A stretch of 64,000 nucleotides of DNA from Auanema rhodensis (Eukaryota > Animalia > Nematoda), in contig OZ059900.1 in the NCBI GenBank assembly GCA_964057225.1, forward strand, positions 1,488,001 to 1,552,000, in the 5' to 3' direction. A program made the position numbers and the translations under genes. The notes under the pieces are model-generated. The model made no database searches. It was not told the origin of the DNA and saw only the letters and a program-made list of their open reading frames with translations. Position 1 is the stretch's first letter. Each line of letters begins with the position of its first letter. Shown here piece by piece: positions 59,001 to 64,000 of the stretch.

Positions 59001-62000
59001 ACGCTAGTGATGTTTAAATACTGATTTTCGCTCAAATAGCATTACTACACTAAGTATGGTCGTTTTTATGCCTTTAACACCATATACTCACCGATTTTTG
59101 GTACAAAATCTGTAATACTCGTGAATTTTGATCATATTCGTTAAGATTTGAAAATCAAACACACAATAAACAAAATCAGTCTATTTTTATGAGCTTGCAC
59201 TGATATATATTCATTTTGATCAAAAAAGGTCGAAAATAGAAAGAATTTTTGAAATTTACGATTTTTGAGTCTAATTTGGCTAAATCGCTCATATATATGA
59301 TCAAAAGCATAGTTTTACTGTCTATGATAACAAAAGTCTTCAAATATACACTAATAATGTGTAAATCACTGAATTTCACTCAAATGCATTACTACACTAA
59401 GTATGGTCGTTTTTATGCCTTTAACACCATATACTCACCGATTTTTGGTACAAAATCTGTAATACTTGTAAATTTTGATCATATTCGTTAAGATTCGAGA
59501 ATCAAACACACAATACACGAAATAAGTTTATTTTTACGAGTTTGCACTGATATTTATTCATTTTGATCAAAAAAGGTCGAAAATAGAAAGAATTTTTGAA
59601 ATTTCCGAGTTTTGAGTCTAATTTGGCTAAATTGCTCATATACATGATCAGAAGCATAGTTTTATTGTCTCTGACAACAAAAGTCATCAATTAAACGCTA
59701 GTGATGTTTAAATACTGATTTTCGCTCAAATAGCATTACTACACTAAGTATGGTCGTTTTTATGCCTTTAACACCATATACTCACCGATTTTTGGTACAA
59801 AATCTGTAATACTCGTAAATTTTGATCATATTCGTTAAGATTTGAGAATCAAACACACAATAAACAAAATCAGTCTATTTTTATGAGCTTGCACTGATAT
59901 ATATTCATTTTGATCAAAAAAGGTCGAAAATAGAAAGAATTTTTGAATTTTCCGAGTTTTGAGTCTAATTTGGCTAAATCGCTCATATACATGATCAGAA
60001 GCATAGTTTTATTGTCTATGACAACAAAAGTCATCAATTAAACGCTAGTGATGTTTAAATACTGATTTTCGCTCAAATAGCATTACTACACTAAGTATGG
60101 TCGTTTTTATGCCTTTAACACCATATACTCACCGATTTTTGGTACAAAATCTGTGATACTCGTAAATTTTGATCATATTCGGTGAGATTCGAGAATCAAA
60201 CACACAATACACGAAATAAGTTTATTTTTACGAGTTTGCACTGATATTTATTCATTTTGATCAAAAAAGGTAGAAAATAGAAAGAATTTTTGAAATTTAC
60301 GAGTTTTGAGTCTAATTTGGCTAAATCGCTCATATATATGATCAGAAGCATAGTTTTATTGTCTATGATAACAAAAGTCTTCAAATATACACTAATAATG
60401 TGTAAATCACTGAATTTCACTCAAATAGCATTACTACACTAAGTATGGTCGTTTTCATGCCTTTAACACCATATACTCACCGATTTTTGGTACAAAATCT
60501 GTGATACTCGTAAATTTTGATCATATTCGGTGAGATTCGAGAATCAAACACACAATACACGAAATAAGTTTATTTTTACGAGTTTGCACTGATATTTATT
60601 CATTTTGATCAAAAAAGGTCGAAAATAGAAAGAATTTTTGAAATTTCCGAGTTTTGAGTCTAATTTGGCTAAATCGCTCATATATATGATCAAAAGCATA
60701 GTTTTATTGTCTATGACAACAAAAGTCATAAATTAAACGCTAGTGATGTTTAAATACTGATTTTCGCTCAAATAGCATTACTACACTAAGTATGGTCGTT
60801 TTTATGCCTTTAACACCATATACTCACCGATTTTTGGTACAAAATCTGTGATACTCGTAAATTTTGATCATATTCGGTGAGATTCGAGGATCGAACACAC
60901 AATACACGAAATATGTTTATTTTGACGAGTTTGCACTGATATTTATTCATTTTGATCAAAAAAGGTCGAAAATAGAAAGAATTTTTGAAATTTCCGAGTT
61001 TTGAGTCTAATTTGGCTAAATCGCTCATATACATGATCAGAAGCATAGTTTTATTGTCTATGACAACAAAAGTCATCAATTAAACGCTAGTGATGTTTAA
61101 ATACTGATTTTCGCTCAAATAGCATTACTACACTAAGTATGGTCGTTTTTATGCCTTTAACACCATATACTCACCGATTTTTGGTACAAAATCTGTAATA
61201 CTCGTAAATTTTGATCATATTCGTTAAGATTTGAAAATCAAACACACAATAAACAAAATCAGTCTATTTTTATGAGCTTGCACTGATATATATTCATTTT
61301 GATCAAAAAAGGTCGAAAATAGAAAGAATTTTTGAAATTTACGAGTTTTGAGTCTAATTTGGCTAAATCGCTCATATATATGATCAAAAGCATAGTTTTA
61401 CTGTCTATGATAACAAAAGTCTTCAAATATACACTAATAATGTGTAAATCACTGAATTTCACTCAAATGCATTACTACACTAAGTATGGTCGTTTTTATG
61501 CCTTTAACACCATATACTCACCGATTTTTGGTACAAAATCTGTAATACTTGTAAATTTTGATCATATTCGTTAAGATTCGAGAATCAAACACACAATACA
61601 CGAAATAAGTTAATTTTTACGAGTTTGCACTGATATTTATTCATTTTGATCAAAAAAGGTCGAAAATAGAAAGAATTTTTGAAATTTCCGAGTTTTGAGT
61701 CTAATTTGGCTAAATTGCTCATATACATGATCAGAAGCATAGTTTTATTGTCTCTGACAACAAAAGTCATCAATTAAACGCTAGTGATGTTTAAATACTG
61801 ATTTTCGCTCAAATAGCATTACTACACTAAGTATGGTCGTTTTTATGCCTTTAACACCATATACTCACCGATTTTTGGTACAAAATCTGTAATACTCGTA
61901 AATTTTGATCATATTCGTTAAGATTTGAGAATCAAACACACAATAAACAAAATCAGTCTATTTTTATGAGCTTGCACTGATATATATTCATTTTGATCAA

Positions 62001-64000
62001 AAAAGGTCGAAAATAGAAAGAATTTTTGAATTTTCCGAGTTTTGAGTCTAATTTGGCTAAATCGCTCATATATATGATCAAAAGCATAGTTTTATTGTCT
62101 ATGACAACAAAAGTCATCAATTAAACGCTAGTGATGTTTAAATACTGAATTTCACTCAAATAGCATTACTACACTAAGTATGGTCGTTTTTATGCCTTTA
62201 ACACCATATACTCACCGATTTTTGGTACAAAATCTGTGATACTCGTAAATTTTGATTATATTCGGTGAGATTCGAGGATCGAACACACAATACACGAAAT
62301 ATGTTTATTTTGACGAGTTTGCACTGATATTTATTCATTTTGATCAAAAAAGGTCGAAAATAGAAAGAATTTTTGAAATTTCCGAGTTTTGAGTCTAATT
62401 TGGCTAAATCGCTCATATACATGATCAGAAGCATAGTTTTATTGTCTATGACAACAAAAGTCATCAATTAAACGCTAGTGATGTTTAAATACTGATTTTC
62501 GCTCAAATAGCATTACTACACTAAGTATGGTCGTTTTTATGCCTTTAACACCATATACTCACCGATTTTTGGTACAAAATCTGTAATACTCGTAAATTTT
62601 GATCATATTCGTTAAGATTTGAAAATCAAACACACAATAAACAAAATCAGTCTATTTTTATGAGCTTGCACTGATATATATTCATTTTGATCAAAAAAGG
62701 TCGAAAATAGAAAGAATTTTTGAAATTTACGAGTTTTGAATCTAATTTGGCTAAATCGCTCATATATATGATCAAAAGCATAGTTTTACTGTCTATGATA
62801 ACAAAAGTCTTCAAATATACACTAATAATGATTAAATCACTGAATTTCACTCAAATAGCATTACTACACTAAGTATGGTCGTTTTCATGCCTTTAACACC
62901 ATATACTCACCGATTTTTGGTACAAAATCTGTGATACTCGTAAATTTTGATTATATTCGGTGAGATTCGAGGATCGAACACACAATACACGAAATATGTT
63001 TATTTTGACGAGTTTGCACTGATATTTATTCATTTTGATCAAAAAAGGTCGAAAATAGAAAGAATTTTTGAAATTTCCGAGTTTTGAGTCTAATTTGGCT
63101 AAATCGCTCATATACATGATCAGAAGCATAGTTTTATTGTCTATGACAACAAAAGTCATCAATTAAACGCTAGTGATGTTTAAATACTGATTTTCGCTCA
63201 AATAGCATTACTACACTAAGTATGGTCGTTTTTATGCCTTTAACACCATATACTCACCGATTTTTGGTACAAAATCTGTAATACTCGTAAATTTTGATCA
63301 TATTCGTTAAGATTTGAAAATCAAACACACAATAAACAAAATCAGTCTATTTTTATGAGCTTGCACTGATATATATTCATTTTGATCAAAAAAGGTCGAA
63401 AATAGAAAGAATTTTTGAAATTTACGAGTTTTGAATCTAATTTGGCTAAATCGCTCATATATATGATCAAAAGCATAGTTTTACTGTCTATGATAACAAA
63501 AGTCTTCAAATATACACTAATAATGATTAAATCACTGAATTTCACTCAAATAGCATTACTACACTAAGTATGGTCGTTTTCATGCCTTTAACACCATATA
63601 CTCACCGATTTTTGGTACAAAATCTGTAATACTTGTAAATTTTGATCATATTCGTTAAGATTCGAGAATCAAACACACAATACACGAAATAAGTTTATTT
63701 TTACGAGTTTGCACTGATATTTATTCATTTTGATCAAAAAAGGTCGAAAATAGAAAGAATTTTTGAAATTTCCGAGTTTTGAGTCTAATTTGGCTAAATC
63801 GCTCATATATATGATCAAAAACATAGTTTTATTGTCTATGACAACAAAAGTCATCAATTAAACGCTAGTGATGTTTAAATACTGAATTTCGCTCAAATAG
63901 CATTACTACACTAAGTATGGTCGTTTTTATGCCTTTAACACCATATACTCACCGATTTTTGGTACAAAATCTGTAATACTCGTAAATTTTGATCATATTC
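52850..64000. repeat. Nested higher-order repeats with 7640-bp (22-mer), 2083-bp (6-mer) and 695-bp (2-mer) offsets
   Basis: +7640: 52904/60544, 53170/60810, 53619/61259, 53945/61585, 54558/62198, 55007/62647. +2083: 58727/60810, 59176/61259, 59502/61585. +695: 62198/62893, 62647/63342, with the gattatattc variant at ~62254 and ~62949. Confidence 0.82.

Larger units (their letters stand above)
1..64000. repeat. Tandem satellite DNA array, 347/348-bp monomer, ~184 head-to-tail copies, ~71% AT; probable centromeric/pericentromeric satellite
   Basis: The monomer start aaatctgt[a/g]atact[c/t]gtaaa recurs at 1, 348, 696, 1044 ... 63967, and (63967-1)/184 = 347.6 bp. The block ctacactaagtatggtcgtttttatgcctttaacaccatatactcaccgatttttggtacaaaatc recurs once per unit in the same orientation throughout. 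The ORF track recurs at 347/348 and 695/696 bp. The centromeric role is inference from size, AT content and homogeneity. Confidence 0.99.

Noticed and set aside
745-63857. More than 100 near-identical 61-101 aa minus-strand ORFs (…MLLIIYMSDLAKLDSKLGNFKNSFYFRPFLIKMNKYQCKL…) as a tandem small-protein gene family
   Set aside because: They are the same frame of the satellite monomer. Starts (often TTG/GTG) and stops shift with ordinary SNPs and the 1-bp indel, many monomers truncate the frame, and most variants change amino acids. The K/I/L/F/N-rich composition reflects AT-rich DNA, and I recognise no domain.
1-64000. CRISPR array or repeat/spacer-like cassette system (conserved block alternating with variable blocks)
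   Set aside because: The variable parts are near-identical alleles differing by SNPs rather than unique spacers, the period is 348 bp, and there are no cas, recombinase or other genes.

Overview
The whole 64 kb window is one uninterrupted head-to-tail tandem array of an AT-rich satellite. It holds about 184 monomers of 347/348 bp; monomer 1 spans 1..347 (about 29% GC by hand count) and the last, partial monomer starts at 63967. I saw no unique sequence, transposon insertion, orientation switch, RNA gene or credible protein-coding gene. Every ORF in the track is the same incidental reading frame of the monomer, repeated. This organisation is typical of eukaryotic centromeric/pericentromeric heterochromatin, but I cannot assign the organism or a named satellite family from the sequence alone. 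The interest is structural, at several scales. (i) The monomer looks like a decayed dimer of ~168+~180 bp units and also carries a long, degenerate inverted symmetry, with five motif pairs sharing one axis. (ii) Monomers are mosaics of a few allele blocks around a nearly invariant ~70 bp block. (iii) Diagnostic SNPs reveal nested higher-order duplications of 1, 2, 3, 4, 6, 7, 11-12, 22, 29 and 39-40 monomers, in three sequence-distinct domains. (iv) Many polymorphisms are CpG transitions although the repeat is CpG-rich. I find no evidence for a novel gene-based system; any novelty lies in the satellite architecture. All offsets were read by hand and should be confirmed computationally.
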